A stretch of 64,000 nucleotides of DNA from Squalus acanthias (GCA_030390025.1 CM059437.1:78370001-78434000); one strand, 5' to 3'. Shown: positions 1 to 13,961, numbered from the stretch's first letter. Notes: a model not told the origin generated them from the sequence alone. Program-made: numbers and translations.

Positions 1-29
1 AAATTAAATTAATGGGCATTGGGATTTGA

Positions 30-330
30 ATAATCTTTTTCTTTGCCAATTTTCTCCCCTCTACTTTTGTGAAGGTGTTGACTCCTTGCTGAGACATTGG
101 TCTACAGGCATTGGCACGCTGTTGATAACTCAACCAAGGGGCCATTATTCATGCGTGGACCTTGACAGTGAGTATTGACAGATTATTCTACAGCCTAGCA
201 CAATCCTACCTTCACTGCAGCCCTGGCAGAGATCATGTAACTCAGCAAAGACTAGGGATTGAACCTGGAACCCTCTTGGTCTGTGTGATTCATTCACAGT
301 ATAAATCCACTGAGCTCCATGCGATGAGGG
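30..330 (-). mobile_element. LF-SINE-like tRNA-derived SINE, degenerate
   Basis: B-box-like GGTTCAATCCC on the minus strand (256-266). Body resembles the copies at 19005, 25485 and 26125 and the recalled LF-SINE consensus. Confidence 0.55.
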
Positions 331-1078
331 ATAATTGGTACTAGGGTATAGAATACTTTTCCATTTCGGACACCAGCCATGTCAACATCAACTACTTCCA
401 GGTCAATCATAGCACATGGAAATACATAGTAAAGTTTTACTCAGTCTGTCCCATCATGACTTCAAACTTAGAGGATTTTCCCATATCCAAATCATGCTTG
501 CTTTTCTGAGAGTGAGATTTCTAATTTGTACCCAATTTTCTGCTGTTGTTACCTGCCTGCCCTGTTTCCTGCTCAGCAGATTTAGAGACCTGAAAAACCC
601 ACACAGATCCTAACAGCCAGGGTAATACTAATGATATAAATATATGTTCACCAACTGGGGTAATTCTCTGAAAACTAAACTCATCAGCATTACACAACTC
701 AATGACTGACTCAAATGGTTTAAATAATAATAGCAAGGTTAGTATGTTGATTGCAAAATGCACAATAAGGTAAATAAGCCCCAATACTGTTGACAACACA
801 GTAGTTTACTGATTGCCCTTAAAATCCAAAGGGGATTTTCAGATCCAGTTTCTCTTTACTTAACGTATGAGTAGAAACATAAAACAAAGCAATTAATATG
901 TATCTGTAATGTCCTTTACCAGTAATTCATACTCAATGAATAGTCTCAGAATGGAATATTTAGCAGTGATAACACCATATTTAGTTCAGAAATGATGATA
1001 TAGCTCTTATCAATCTGACCATATGGGAAGTGTTCAGAAAATAATGGATAACACTGCTTTTTCCCAAATCACACTTTA

Positions 1079-1901
1079 CATAAGAACATAAGAACATAAG
1101 AAATAGGAGCAGGAGTAGGCCAATCGGCCCCTCGAGCCTGCTCCGCCATTCAATAAGATCATGGCTGATCTGATCCTAACCGCCAATCTACTATCTATCA
1201 CAGAACCATCTCCTGCATCTAACAGAATTGCACACACGAAATAGGAGCAGAATCAGGCTACACAGTCCCTGGGCCCGCTCCACTACCCACAGGGCCATGA
1301 CCGATCCGAACCTAGACTCATGTCCAAATTCCTGCCCGCTCCCCGTAACCCTTAATGCCCTTTACTTCTAGGAAACTGTCTATTTCTGTTTTAAATTTAA
1401 TTAATGTTGTAGCTTCTACAGCTTTTTGTGGCAGCATATTCCATGGACCTACCACCCTCTGAGTGAAGTAGTTCCTCCTCATCTCAGTTTTGAAAGAGCA
1501 GCCCCTTATTCTAAGACTATGTCCCCTAGTTCTCGTCTCACCCGTCATCGGGAACATCCTCCCCGCATCCACCCGATCCAACCCCTTCACAATCTTATAT
1601 GTTTCAATAAGATCGCCTCTCATTCTTCTGAACTCCAATGAGTAGAGTCCCAATCCACCCAACCTCTCCTCATATGACCACCCCCTCATCCCCGGGATTA
1701 ACCGAGTGAACCTTTTTTGCACTGCCTCGAGAGCAAGGATGTCTTTCCTTAAGTAAGGACACCAAAACTGTATGCAGTATTCCAGGTGCGGTCTCACCAA
1801 TACCTTGTACAACTGAAGCAATACCTCCCTATTTTTATATTCTATCCCCCTAGCAATGAAAGCCAACATTCCATTTGCCTTCTTAATCACTTGCTGCACC
1901 T
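1079..1901 (-). mobile_element. CR1 LINE 3' fragment (young family X)
   Basis: RT C-terminal ORF (1318-1914), 3'UTR and (TTCTTATG)n tail. Only two differences noticed versus 29590-30411. Confidence 0.95.
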
Positions 1902-2734
1902 TTATTAAAGTCAAGGTCTAAGAAGACTGTAGAAATGCATTCACAAGGAACTGGGTTCAGATGGTAAAACTAATTTTATTTAGCATCTCTATAGCCAATG
2001 AAAAAGACAAACTTTCATCCCATTAGTCAGGGATGATTTCAAACCAATATTCCAGAGGTGCAAAGGCATTGTTCTAACTTACTGCTCTTTCCAATCCCTT
2101 GGATGGTAGTTTTAAGCAAAGATGGTAATTTACCCCACACTTGTGAAATAATGTATGTAAAAGAAAAGAACACTTAAAACACAAAGAATAAAAGATTACA
2201 TTAAACTGAGGAAAGAATGCATGTAAATAATACATTTAGAAACCTTTTTGCAAGAATTGTAGGATCATTCTGAATGATCCATTGCTATGATGAGGTTCCA
2301 TCATTTAGATATCATAATTTAGAACTATTCCAGATATATACAATTATCTGCACTTGAACAGCAGTTAAAGTGAAATGAATATACATCCAAAAGCTACTAA
2401 GATGCAGTGATTCTGCTACATCAGACGTTAATATTCCAGGCACGATAGAACGCATGAAAGTGATAAGAAGGTGCATCTAATCTTTTATAGTTTGTAAGCT
2501 CTCAGTTAAACATATACAGTACTCAACTTCCAAAACATCAATCTGTTTGAATGTGTCTTTCTCTACAGAAGCACTGACGTATTTCTTAGTCTGACTACAA
2601 CAAATTTGTTTGTCCTCACTTTTAAGTTTAGTGGTTCAATTTTAACAATCAAACCACCTCCGTAAAGTTAGAGTACTTTTCCTTGATTTTTGCCCATTTA
2701 AAATTGCTATGACAGTCACGATATTCAATATGTA

Positions 2735-3680
2735 TTTTTTATTTGTTCTTAGGAAGTGAGCCACACTGGCAAGATCATATTTATTGCCTGTCCCTAGTTG
2801 CTCTGAAGAGGTGGTAGTGGGCCTTCTACTTCCACTGCAGTCCTTGCGGTGGTGCTCCCACAATGGTGTCAGCTAGGTAACTGCAGCATTTTGATATAGC
2901 AATGATGAAGGAATGGTGGCATCTATCCAAGTCAGGTTGATGTGTAACTTAGAGTTACACACCATCCTGACTTGGAAATATATCGCTGTTCCTTCATCTT
3001 CGCTGGGTCAAAATCCTGGAACTCCCTCCCTAACAACACGATGGGAGTAACTTCACCACGCGGACTGCAGCGGTTCAAGAAGGCGGCTCACCACCACCTT
3101 CTCAAGGGCAATTAGGGATGGGCAATAAATGCTGGCTTTGCCAGCGACGCCCACATCCCAGGATCAAATAAAAATTTTTTTTGGAGATGTCGGTATTCCC
3201 ACTACATTACTGCTGTTGTTCTTGGTGGCAGACATCATAGACTGGGAAGTGCTGTCGAAATAGGCTTGGCGAGTTGCTGCAGTTCATCCTGTGGATATTA
3301 CATACTGTAGCCGCAGTGTGCTAGTGGTGGAGTGGGTAAACATTGAGTTCAGTGGCAGGGGTGCCAAACAAGTAAGCTGCTTTGTCCTGGATGGTGTCAA
3401 GTTTGAGTGTTGTTGCGTGTGTCTAGGTAAGTGGTGAGTACTTCATCACACTCCTGACTTGAACCTTGCAGATAGTGGATCAGCATTGAGGGAACAGGAG
3501 GTGAGCCACTTGTCACAGAGTACTCAGCCTTTGCTTTTGTAGTCACATTGTTGATATGGCTGGTCCAGTTAAGCTTGTGGTCAATGGCGACCTCCAGGAT
3601 GTTGATGGTTGAGGTCTCAATAATGATGGTGCCATTGTGGGTCAGGGGGTGATGGTTGGGCCTTTTCCTGTTGGAGACAT
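2735..3680 (-). mobile_element. Degenerate LINE 3' region (CR1/L2 superclade) with a younger copy of the same family inserted in the opposite orientation at about 2955-3175
   Basis: 2741-2950 is the reverse complement of 2955-3175 (GGGCAATAAATGCTGG tail). RT C-terminal remnant (LNWTSHINNV) in ORF 3397-3723. Confidence 0.65.
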
Positions 3681-4253
3681 ATATTTTGACAAAAATTGTA
3701 GTTGTATATATTTGTGAAACCAATATGTCTCCTCTCAGTTACAGTCTATTTGTCATAAAACACTCAACAAACAAACTTTAATTACCTTTCACAAAGATTG
3801 CTAAGAAAAAGTATGTGCTAATACACCATAGGCAGAGATTTATATATTATATATGCATTATACTTCAGACATCACATATAGTGTCAAAAGTAGAGAATAA
3901 AAGAAAGAAGAATCTGGCATTTTTTTCTGCCCTTGACAACTTGGCATTTCCAAGTGCAGGAATCAGGATTTGCAAACAGTGCAAATTTATACAACATGCG
4001 TCTAGTATGCATTTCCTATCTGTACAAAGAAGCTCTCCAAGAATAGAACATTCCTCAGGCTGAGTGTATGCAGTCTCTTAATTGTCCATACTTAAAAAAG
4101 ACAAAGCCAAGGTTCTGACCTGCAGTCTGAATAGCAGTTGATCTCTGAATGACTACATCCAGTGTTTTCTTAACAGCAATTACACTTTGTGGCCTTAAAT
4201 GGACACAACTCCACCTTAGCAACAGAACAATATATTGTGCAAATATTTTTCAA

Positions 4254-4458
4254 AGGTGAGAGACCAGTTAATGTTGGTATTCATAGGGATTTGGGGGTCC
4301 TTGTACACTAATCACAAAAAGTAAACACACAGGTACAGCAAGCAATTGGGAAAGCAAATGGTAAGTTAGCCTTATTGCAAGGTGGGGGGCAGTGGTGGAG
4401 TGTAAGAGTCAGGAAGTTGTGCTGCAATTATATAGGGATTTGGTGAGACCACACCCTG
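4254..4458 (+). mobile_element. Old CR1 RT fragment
   Basis: Decayed match to the RDLGVLVH...KANG...LYRALVRPHL coding sequence of the other CR1 copies. Confidence 0.75.
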
Positions 4459-4559
4459 CATAAAACTCTTGATAATATAAAGCAGCATATTATCTGGCTT
4501 ACTGCGAGCAACACCCACATTGAAGCAGTGAAAATACTAAGAATTTATTTTTGGACATA

Positions 4560-7476
4560 TCAGTAAATAATAATTCTAAAAAGTCTAAGAGCGTTAAAAA
4601 AACAAGCCTGAAGGCTTTGTGTCTTAATGCGAGGAGCATTCGTAATAAGGTGGATGAATTAGCTGCGCAAATAGAGGTAAACGAATATGATATGATTGGG
4701 ATTACGGAAACATGGCTCCAGGGTGACCAAGGCTGGGAACTCAACATACAGGAATATTCAATATTCAGGAAAGATAGGCAAAAAGGAAAAGGAGGTGGGG
4801 TAGCATTGCTGGTTAAAGAGGGGATTAACACAATTGTAAGGAAGGATATTAGCTCTGATGATGTGGAATCTGTATGGGTAGAACTGAGAAATACCAAGGG
4901 GCAGAAAACGCTAGTGGGAGTGGTGCATAGACCCCCAAACAGTAATACGGAGGTTGGGGATGGCATTAAAAGGGAAATTAGAGTAGCGTGCAATAAGAGC
5001 ACAGCAGTTATCATGGGCGACTTTAATCTACATATAGATTGGGCTAACCAAATTAGTAACAATACTGTGGAGGAGGAATTCCTGGAGTGTATACGGGATG
5101 GTTTCCTGGACCAATATGTCAAGGAACCAACTAGAGATCAGGCCATCTTAGACTGGGTATTATGTAATGAGAAAGGATTAATTAGCAATCTTGTTGTGCG
5201 AGGCACCTTGGGTCGGAGCGATCATAATATGATAGAATTCTTCATTAAGATGGAGAGTGAAGTAGTTGACTCGGAGACTAGGGTCCTGAATTTAAATAAA
5301 GGAAACTACGATGGTATGAGGCGCGAGTTGGGTAGGATTGATTGGGGAATGTCACTCAAAGGGTTGACGGTGGATAGGCAATGGCAAACATTCAAAGATT
5401 GCATGAATGAACTACAGAATTTGTTCATCCCAATTTGGCATAAAAATAAAACAAAAAAGGTAACTCAACCGTGGCTAACAAAGGAAATTAGGGATAGCAT
5501 AAGATCCAAGAAGAGGACATATAAATTGGCCAGAAAAAGCAGAAAACCTGAGGATTGGGAGCAGTATAGGATTCAGCAATGAAGGACAAAGGGATTAAGA
5601 GGGGGGAAATAGAGTATGAGAGTAAGCTTGCAGGGAACATAAAAACTGACTGTAACAGCTTTTATAGATATGTGAAGAGAAAAAGATTGGTGAAGTCAAG
5701 CGTAGGTCCCTTGCAGTCAGAATCAGGGGAATTTATAATGGGGAACAAAGAAATGGCAGACCAATTAAATACATACTTTGGTTCTGTCTTCACAAAGGAG
5801 GACACAAATAACCTCCCAGAGATGTCAGGGAACATAGGGTCTAATGAGAGGGAGGAACTGAAAGAAATCAGTATTTGTAGGGAAATAGTGTTAGGGAAAT
5901 TGACGGGATTGAAGGCCGATAAATCCCCAGGGCCTGATAATCTACATCCTAGGGTACTTAAGGAAGTGGCCCTAGAAATAGTAGATGCATTGCTGGTTAT
6001 CTTCCAAAATTCTATAGACTCTGGAACAGTACCCATGGATTGGAGGGTAGCTAATGTTACCCCACTATTCAAAAAAGGTGGTAGAGAGAAAACGGGGAAT
6101 TATAGACCGGTAAGCCTGACATCGGTAGTGGGGAAAATGCTAGAGTCCATTATAAAAGATGTAATAGCAGAGCACTTGGAAAACAGTGACAGGATCGGAC
6201 AAAGTCAACATAGATTTACAAAAGGTAAATCGTGCTTGACTAATCTACTGGAATTTTTTGAGGATGTAACTGGTAAAATAGATAAGGGAGAACCAGTGGA
6301 TGTGGTGTATTTGGACTTTTAGAAGGCTTTTGATAAGGTCCCGCATAAGAGATTAGCGTGTAAAGTTAAGGCACATGGGATTGGGGGCAAGGTATTGACT
6401 TGGATAGAGAACTGGTTGGCAGACAGAAAGCAAAGAGTTGGAATAAATGGGTCTTTTTCCGAGTGGCAGGCAGTGACTAGTGGGGTACCGCAGGGATCGG
6501 TCCTAGGACCCCAGCTATTCACAATATATATTAATGATCTAGACGAGGGAATTGGATGTAATATCTCCAAGTTTGCAGACGACACAAAGCTTGGTGGGAG
6601 TGTGTGCCGTGAGGAGGATGCCAAGAAACTCCAGTATGATTTGGACAGGTTAGGTGATTGGGCAGAAGCATGGCAGATGCAATATAATGTGGATAAATGC
6701 GAGGTTATCCACTTTGGTGTCAAAAACAGGAAGGCAGATTATTATCTGAATGGCAATAGATCGGGAGAAGGGGAAGTGCAACGGGACCTGGGTGTCCTTG
6801 TGCACCAGTTGCTGAACGTAAGCATGCAGGTGCAGCAGACGGTTAAGAAGGCAAATGGTATGTTGGCCTTCGTAGCGAAAGGGTTCGAGTACAGGAACAA
6901 GGATGTCTTGCTGCAGTTGTACAGGGCCTTGGTGAGACCACATCTTGAGTATTGTGTGCAGTTTTGGTCGCCTTATCTGAGGAAGGATGTTCTTGCCATG
7001 GAGGGAGTGCAGCAAAGATTCACCAGGCTGATACCTGGGATGGCAGGAATGACGTATGAGGAGAGATTGGGTCGATTGGGCTTATACTCGCTGGAGTTTA
7101 GAAGAATGAGAGGGGATCTCATTGAAACTTATAAAATTCTAACAGGACTAGACAGACTAGATGCAGGAAGGATGTTCCCGATGGCCGGGGAGTCCAGAAC
7201 CAGGGGTCACAGTCTAAGGATAAGGGGTAAGCCATTAAGGACTGAGATGAGGAGGAAAGTCTTCACCCAGAGAGTGGTGAACCTGTGGAATTCTCTACCA
7301 CAGAAGGCAGTAGAGGCCAATTCATTAAATATATTCAAGAAGGAGTTAGATATATTTCTTAAAGCTAAAGGGATCAAGGGATATGGGGAGAAGGCAGGGA
7401 CAGGGTACTGAATTTGGATGATCAGCAGGCTCGAGGGGCTGAATGGCCTGCTCCTGCTCCTGCTCCTATCTTCTAT
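4560..7476 (+). mobile_element. CR1 LINE (family Y), near-complete ORF2 (APE endonuclease + RT), disrupted
   Basis: ORFs 4551-5582 (NARS, ITETWL, GDFN, SDH), 5579-6322 and 6395-7411 (GVPQGS, FADD). Frameshift near 5579, in-frame TAG at 6320-6322, small deletion in the 3'UTR. Confidence 0.95.
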
Positions 7477-8436
7477 AAAATCTTGGTAAAGCATGAATTC
7501 TTTTCCTGAGGTAACTGTGACAAATCAGAAATTATTAATGTCATAGAACGTTTTCTTATATATAAAAGCCTTAGAGACATGCATTGTGCTGAGGCCTCTT
7601 TGATGTGTTTACTGTCAATGAAATATAGATTTACCTCCAGCTGTAATGTAGCCATAGTAACTGTTTGAAGGGACAAGATATATTGATATGCTAATGCCTC
7701 GGAAGTCCAAGGATTTTAGTCAGAAGCCTTCCTGTAAATCCACTTGCTTTGTCATGAAAATAATCAATTAAAGGTGCTTGGAAACACAGGTGAATGGAAT
7801 TGTATCTAGCATTATTAATAGGTCCAGGAAACCATCACTTTAATTTGATAACTTTGTTCACCTGCATATGACTGTCAATCACTCTTCAGGCTTCTGAGAT
7901 CACAAAGTAATAGTTATAATCACAAAAATATTTTTTACTTGCTAGTTCTTCCTGTTCTAGTGCTGTATTACAGCCCATGTGGAGATGAGCATATGATGGC
8001 TCCAAATATGTTTTGTGTTATGGGCACTGATGCAGGTTCAGTGTTATTAGAATGCCTCACACCTATTTTGATTTTGTAAACCAAGCAGTTGTAAGTTAAA
8101 TGTTATATTCTAGTAGAATCAACTGTATTGATCTTTTGCTACTGTTTAATTTTTCCTTTTAACAAACCTGTATCATAGATAATAAATAACCTAAGCCATT
8201 TGGTCTGACAGAGTGATTAGTCTTCCATTATCTGAAGATTAGGAGGGACCAGTGACAAAATTACAGTACCAAGTAGTTAAAAAACAGATATATATATATA
8301 TATATAAATAAATAAATTCTGGAAGGACTGTACTATTATTCAAGTTTGGAGGAAAGCTCTGATTAAAAGTCCTGACATTAAATATCTTTACTTATAGAGA
8401 ATCTTTTTATTAGACCTGTTGCAGAGATATTGGATA

Positions 8437-8876
8437 AAAAGAAAGACTTGCATTTATATAGTGCCTTTCACAACCACCGGATGTCCCAAATGAAGTACTT
8501 TTTGAAGTGTAGTCACTGTTGTAATGTAGGAAACACGGCAGCCAATTTGCGCACAATAAGCTCCTACAAACAGCAATGTGATAATAACCAGATAGATTTT
8601 GGTTGAGGGATAAATATTGGCTAGGACACCAGGGATAACTCCCCTGCTCTTCTTCAAGATAGTGCAATAGGATCTTTTACGTCCACTTGAGAGAGCAGAC
8701 GGGGCCTCGGTTTGGCGTCTCATCCGAAAGGCGGCATCTCCGACAGTGCAGCACTCCCTCAGCACTGCACTGGATTGCCAGCCTAGATTTATGTGCTCCA
8801 GTCTCTGGAGTGGGACTTGAACCCACAACCTTCTGACTCAGAGGTGAAAGTGCTACCCACTGAGCCACAGCTGATA
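8437..8876 (-). mobile_element. tRNA-derived Deu-domain SINE (SacSINE1/AmnSINE1-like), full length
   Basis: A box TGGCTCAGTGG, B box GGTTCAAGTCC, Deu-like core CAGTGCAGTGCTGAGGGAGTGCTGCACTG, tail ATAAATGCAAGTCTTTCTTTT. Confidence 0.85.
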
Positions 8877-9638
8877 AAGGAAAGACACACATTATTTTAA
8901 TGTTTTAAAGTTTCATATATGTCTTGGCCTTCACTATAGAAAAACACACACACTAAACAAATTGACTGTAAAGGAAAGAGCTATTCCCTCATATTACATA
9001 CAGAGATATATTTATCCTGTAATTGGTTTGCAAGGGGAATAAATGTATGCCTGCTGCGGCTAAGGAAACCATTATCTTCTAGGTACTTATCAATAAATAC
9101 TTTTCAGTTTTTGAGCTGATTTCATTCCAAATCCTTTCAGTGATGATATAAACAACTCTCACACCTCCATAACCCAGCACTTCTTGTTGTAACTGGGTAA
9201 CCCCTGACCCACCAAAAGCAATCTCATTGGAGATCTGCTAACTTATATCGAAATCATCATCCTTTAGACTTTTGTGCAGAAGCAAAACAATCTTTAAAAT
9301 GAAGAGAAGGAAAGGTAGTCATTTCCAATCTACAAATAAAGTTCCCGAGCAACAGAAACTATCTAATTAACTTCAGGAGACACATTTTTAAAAAATGGTT
9401 AAAAAAGACAAAGAAAGCCAACAATTTCCAATCTATAAACAAGTTTCCCAGCAAACAGAAAATACCTAATTGACCTCAGAATTCAGTAAGTCCCCAACAA
9501 CATTTAATCTCATATATTATAATTAACATTGTGGCCTAAAGGGATAGTTCCTAAAGTAGAAAAAATATATTGTGTATTAAATGGTATAATGCTCCTATTC
9601 CTATAAAACAGCATATCATCCAATTCACCTTGAACATT

Positions 9639-10398
9639 AGCCCGGAACTTGTGATCCGGATGATGGTGAACTGGCAACCTTTGAAACTGACTGCAACTTC
9701 GGGATTTGGCGCATGCGCAGTTGCGGTCTGTAATTCACAGCTCCGACACAGGCAGCACTGTGCACTGCCCCCCCCCCCCCGCCCCCCCCACCCACAGAGC
9801 TGGCAATCAGTGTAATCACTCAAAGCAGGGAAGCTGACGAAAACTCTACAGCTCTTCCGCAGGCAGTACGCTGTTAAATCCCCCACTAAAAGTTGGACCA
9901 AAAGGGATTAGGTGTAACTGGGGTTTTAACAGTGTATTGACTGCTAAACAAAGGTTATGGGCCTGCAAAAACTAATTTTAATTTTGAGCAGTATCAAATT
10001 TATCCATTTTAATAAAAAGTAACATTTTTAAGAAATAAAAAAAAATGATTTTTTTTAATAGTTTGTTCATCATTATTTCAGGTTTGCCTTTACCTCGTGT
10101 GAGAGCCCCAATCTTCGCTTTGCTCTCTCTAACATTTTTCAAAAGTTAGAATTTTAAGAGCTTACGCACTTCCTGGTTCGCTGTCTGTGAGAATTCTGAG
10201 TTTTGATTGGCTGCTCAGACAGCTTGTTGATGTCACAGCAGCTCTCACAAGGGGATCCCCACTAAACTCCAATGATTTGAATTGAACGTCGGAAAACCCA
10301 CAACTCTCGACACAGAGATCACGAGATCCTTCTGCGAAGCTTACTTCGTGGCCAGCGGCGAATGACTTCGCTTTGCCGCTGACTGCAAATTCCGGGCC
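9639..10398. mobile_element. Non-autonomous DNA transposon (Harbinger-like MITE)
   Basis: Imperfect TIRs AGCCCGGAACTTG / GCAAATTCCGGGCC; no coding capacity. Confidence 0.6.
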
Positions 10399-10696
10399 AA
10401 TATGTATATTACACACAAACACATTAATACCATTAATTTGCCACTAGTACATGAACTTAACCAACCAAGTTCAATATTTTTGTATATGGTTTCAGTGTCA
10501 GACGATATCTTATAAACTGGCAATACAAACTAAATTTACAAACTACGCACAGTGTAAATTAAAGATGATCAGCATATAAAAAGGAACAGAACGAGGGTGG
10601 GTGTGGAGAAGGGAAAAATACAACACATCCACAAACACAGGAAGATCTTTCCATCTTGGCAGTGTCTGGTTCAACGCTGGTTTCCCTAGAAACCAA

Positions 10697-13400
10697 TGAA
10701 CATAAGAACATAATAAGAACATAAGAATTAGGAGCAGGAGTAGGACATTTGGCCCCTCGAGCCTGCTCCGCCATTCAATAAGATCATGGCTGATCTTCTA
10801 CCTCAACTCCACTTTCCTGAATTATCCCCATATCCCTTGATTCCCTTAATATCCAAAAATCTTTCGATCTCTGTCTTGAATATACTCAACAACTGAACCT
10901 CCACAGCCCTCTGGGGTAGAGAATTCCAAAGATTCACCACTCTCTGAGTGAAGAAATTTCTCCTCATCTCAGTCCTAAATGGCCGACCCTTTATTCTGTG
11001 ACTGTGACTCCTGGTTCTAGACTCCCCAACCAGGGGAAACATCCTCCCTGCATCTACCCTGTCAAGCCCTGAAAGAATTTTGTATGTTTCAATGAGATCA
11101 CCTCCCATTCTTCTAAACTCCAGAGAATATAGGCCTAGTCTACTCAATCTCTCCTCATAGGACAATCCCCCCATCCCAGGAATCAGTCTGGTGAACGTTT
11201 GTTGCACTCCCTCTATGGTATGTATATCTTTCCTCATGTAAGGAGACCAAAACTGTACATAATACTCCAGGTGTGGTCTCACCAGGGCCCTATATAATTG
11301 CATACAAGACGTCTTTACTCTTATACTCAAATCCTCTTGTAATAAAGGCCAACATACCATTTGCTTTCCTAATTGCTTGCTGTACCTGCATGTTAACTTT
11401 CAGTGATTTGTGTACAAGGACACCCAGGTCCCTCTGAACACCGACATTTCCAAATCTCTCACCATTTAAAAAATATTCTGCTTTTCTATTTTTCCTACCA
11501 AAGTGGATAACTTCACATTTCTCCACATTATATTCCATTTGCCATGTTCTTGCCCACTCACTTAGCTTGTCTATATCCCCTTGAAGCTTCTTTGCATCCT
11601 CCTCACAACTTACATTCTCACCCAGCTTTGTATCATCAGCAAACATGGATATGTTACATTTGGTCCCCTCATTCAAATCATTGATGTAGATTGTGAATAG
11701 CTGAGGCCCAAGCACTGATCCTTGCGGTACCCCACTAGTTACAGCCTGCCAACCCAAAAATGACCCGTTTATTCCCACTCTCTGTTTTCTGTCCGTTAAC
11801 CAGTCCTCAATCCATGCTAATATATTACCCCCAATCCCATTAATCCTAATTTTGTTTAATAACCTCTTGTGTGGCACCTTATCGAATGCCTTCTGAAAAT
11901 CCAAATACACCACATCCACTGGTTCCCCCTTATCTATTCTGCTAGTTACAACCTCAAAAAACTCCAATAGATTTGTCAAACACGATTTCCCTTTCATAAT
12001 TCCGTGTTGACTCTGCCCAATCCTATTATTATTTTCTAAGTGCCCTGTTACCATGTCCTTAATAATAGATTCGAGCATTTTCCCTACTACTGATGTCAGG
12101 CTAACTGGTCTGTAGTTCCCCGTTTTCTCTCTCCCTCCTTTCTTAAATAGTGGGGTTACATTTGCTACCTTCCAATCTGCGGGAACCGTACTAGAATCTA
12201 TGGCATTTTGGAAAATGACAACCAATGCATCCACTATCTCTAGAGCCACCTCTTTCAAAACTCTAGGATGTAGGCCATCAGGTCCAGGGGATTTATCACT
12301 TTCAAACTCAATATAAAATTCTATCATATTATGGTCACTCTTCCCTAAAGGCCACTTTACTACAAGGTTATTAATTAACCCTTTCTCATTGCAAAATACT
12401 AGATCTAAAATAGCCTGTTCCCTAGTTGGTTCCTCAACATATTGATCTAGTAAACTATCTTGCATACATTCCATGAATTCGTCCTCCACAATATTACTGC
12501 AAATTTGGTTTGCCCAGTCTATATATAGATTAATGTCCCCCATGATTACTGTATTACCCTTGTTACATGCGCCTCTAATTTCCTGATTTATACTCTGCCC
12601 TACATTACAACTACTGTTTGGGGGCCTATAAACCACTCCCACCAATGTTTTCTGCCCCTTGCTGTTTCTTAGCTCCACCCAAACTGATTCTACTTCTTGA
12701 TTTTTGGAGCTAAGATCCTTTCTCTCTACAGTCTTTATCCCATCCTTTATCAGGGCTACCCCTCCTCCTTTTCCATTTTGCCTATCTCTTCTAAAAGTTA
12801 AATATCCTGGAATATTTAGTTCCTAACCTTGGCCACATTTAACCTGCACCTGGGGTCCCCTTACCTGCCTGAGTTGCAGTCACACTCTCCTGTCCCTGAC
12901 CACTAACCAGACCTGTACCACTACCTAACTTAAGGGGTGTGACTGCCTCCTGGATCAAAGTGGCCAGGTAACTCTCCCCATCCCTGATGCCCCGCAATGC
13001 TCAGACTCCACCTCAAAAACTCTGAGCTGAAGTTCCTCAAGATGCAGGCACTTAACTGCAAACGTGGTTATCCGGGATCACAATGCTCTCCACAAACTCT
13101 GATATGCTGCAGTTGCGGCACACCACCTACACTGCCATCCCTATATGACCTTGTTTTATTTAATTAAATTTGTAATTAGGTAACTTAGTTTACAATGTAG
13201 TTTCTTGCCTACTTACTTGATCTAGATTAAGTTATGGGTACTGAAATTAAATATCTACCTGTAACACAAAGCACTACAAGTAGTGTAGGCAAAAAGCAGC
13301 AACTCCTTCCCTCTCTTCTCCGAATTCCCACTCTTTCCAAATTCCCAAATAAAACACTCTGTTTAAGTACACTCCGTTTTAATCCCACTCTGCGCTATAA
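10697..13400 (-). mobile_element. CR1 LINE with 5'UTR and ORF1 remnant, two large internal deletions
   Basis: ORF2 pieces 11290-12678 (EN joined directly to RT at FESD|KSPGP) and 10803-11360; (TTCTTATG)n-type tail. Decayed Cys-rich ORF1 start (VVCRNCS...HVCS/KCL) at about 13020-13140; GAGTGGGA repeats at about 13325-13392. Confidence 0.85.
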
Positions 13401-13961
13401 ATTACTATAAATTAGTAAAATATGCTTTGTGAATACTGCAATACAATGACTAAATATATTTTACCACTGCAGAATTGATGTACAATAATTATAATTTCAT
13501 AGTTAGTTTGGAGTGAATGTTTATGGTCATTATTGTAAAATTGATGATTTGGTTTCTCTTCATGTTCAAGCACCAACATTCTGCAATCATAATTTCCATC
13601 ATACAAAAATGAAGCTTCCACTGAACACTGGCCTCAAAATCACACTTCATAATTACTAGATTTTAATATTAACTGAATTTGCAAAGTTATTAAAACTGCA
13701 CAAAACACAGATAAAGAGATTGCCAGAATTTATCTCAGCATAGTGCCCATGGCACTGGATTGTTTGCATCGACCCAACAATTCCATCTGCATGGGTGTTT
13801 AATGGTGCAAAAGTGGAGTCTTCACCACATTACTTAGTACAGTACTATTCAACTTATATCACTAATGCATATTTTGCATGAGTTTTTTTCAACACAGTTG
13901 ACTACTAAATTCTAAACATTTCAAAATGTATTTTTTCATGCACAAAAATAACAAAGATTTT

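Noticed and set aside
991..1020. TGATGA...CTGA as a C/D box snoRNA
   Set aside because: Boxes are only about 25 nt apart and there is no terminal stem.
4499..6723. Minus-strand ORFs of 130-207 aa (and similar ORFs opposite other CR1/Penelope copies)
   Set aside because: Antisense shadows of LINE coding sequence; they recur opposite each copy.
7961..8035. Plus-strand exon candidate (LYYSPCGDEHMMAPNMFCVMGTDA)
   Set aside because: Good acceptor but weak donor (GTTCAG), no recognisable homology and no partner exons.
8800..8876. tRNA gene (also at about 38690-38763)
   Set aside because: A/B boxes run straight into the Deu domain and tail, so these are SINE heads.
13465..13621. Minus-strand ORF/exon candidate (EASFLYDGNYDC...)
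   Set aside because: AT-rich, weak splice sites, no recognisable protein.
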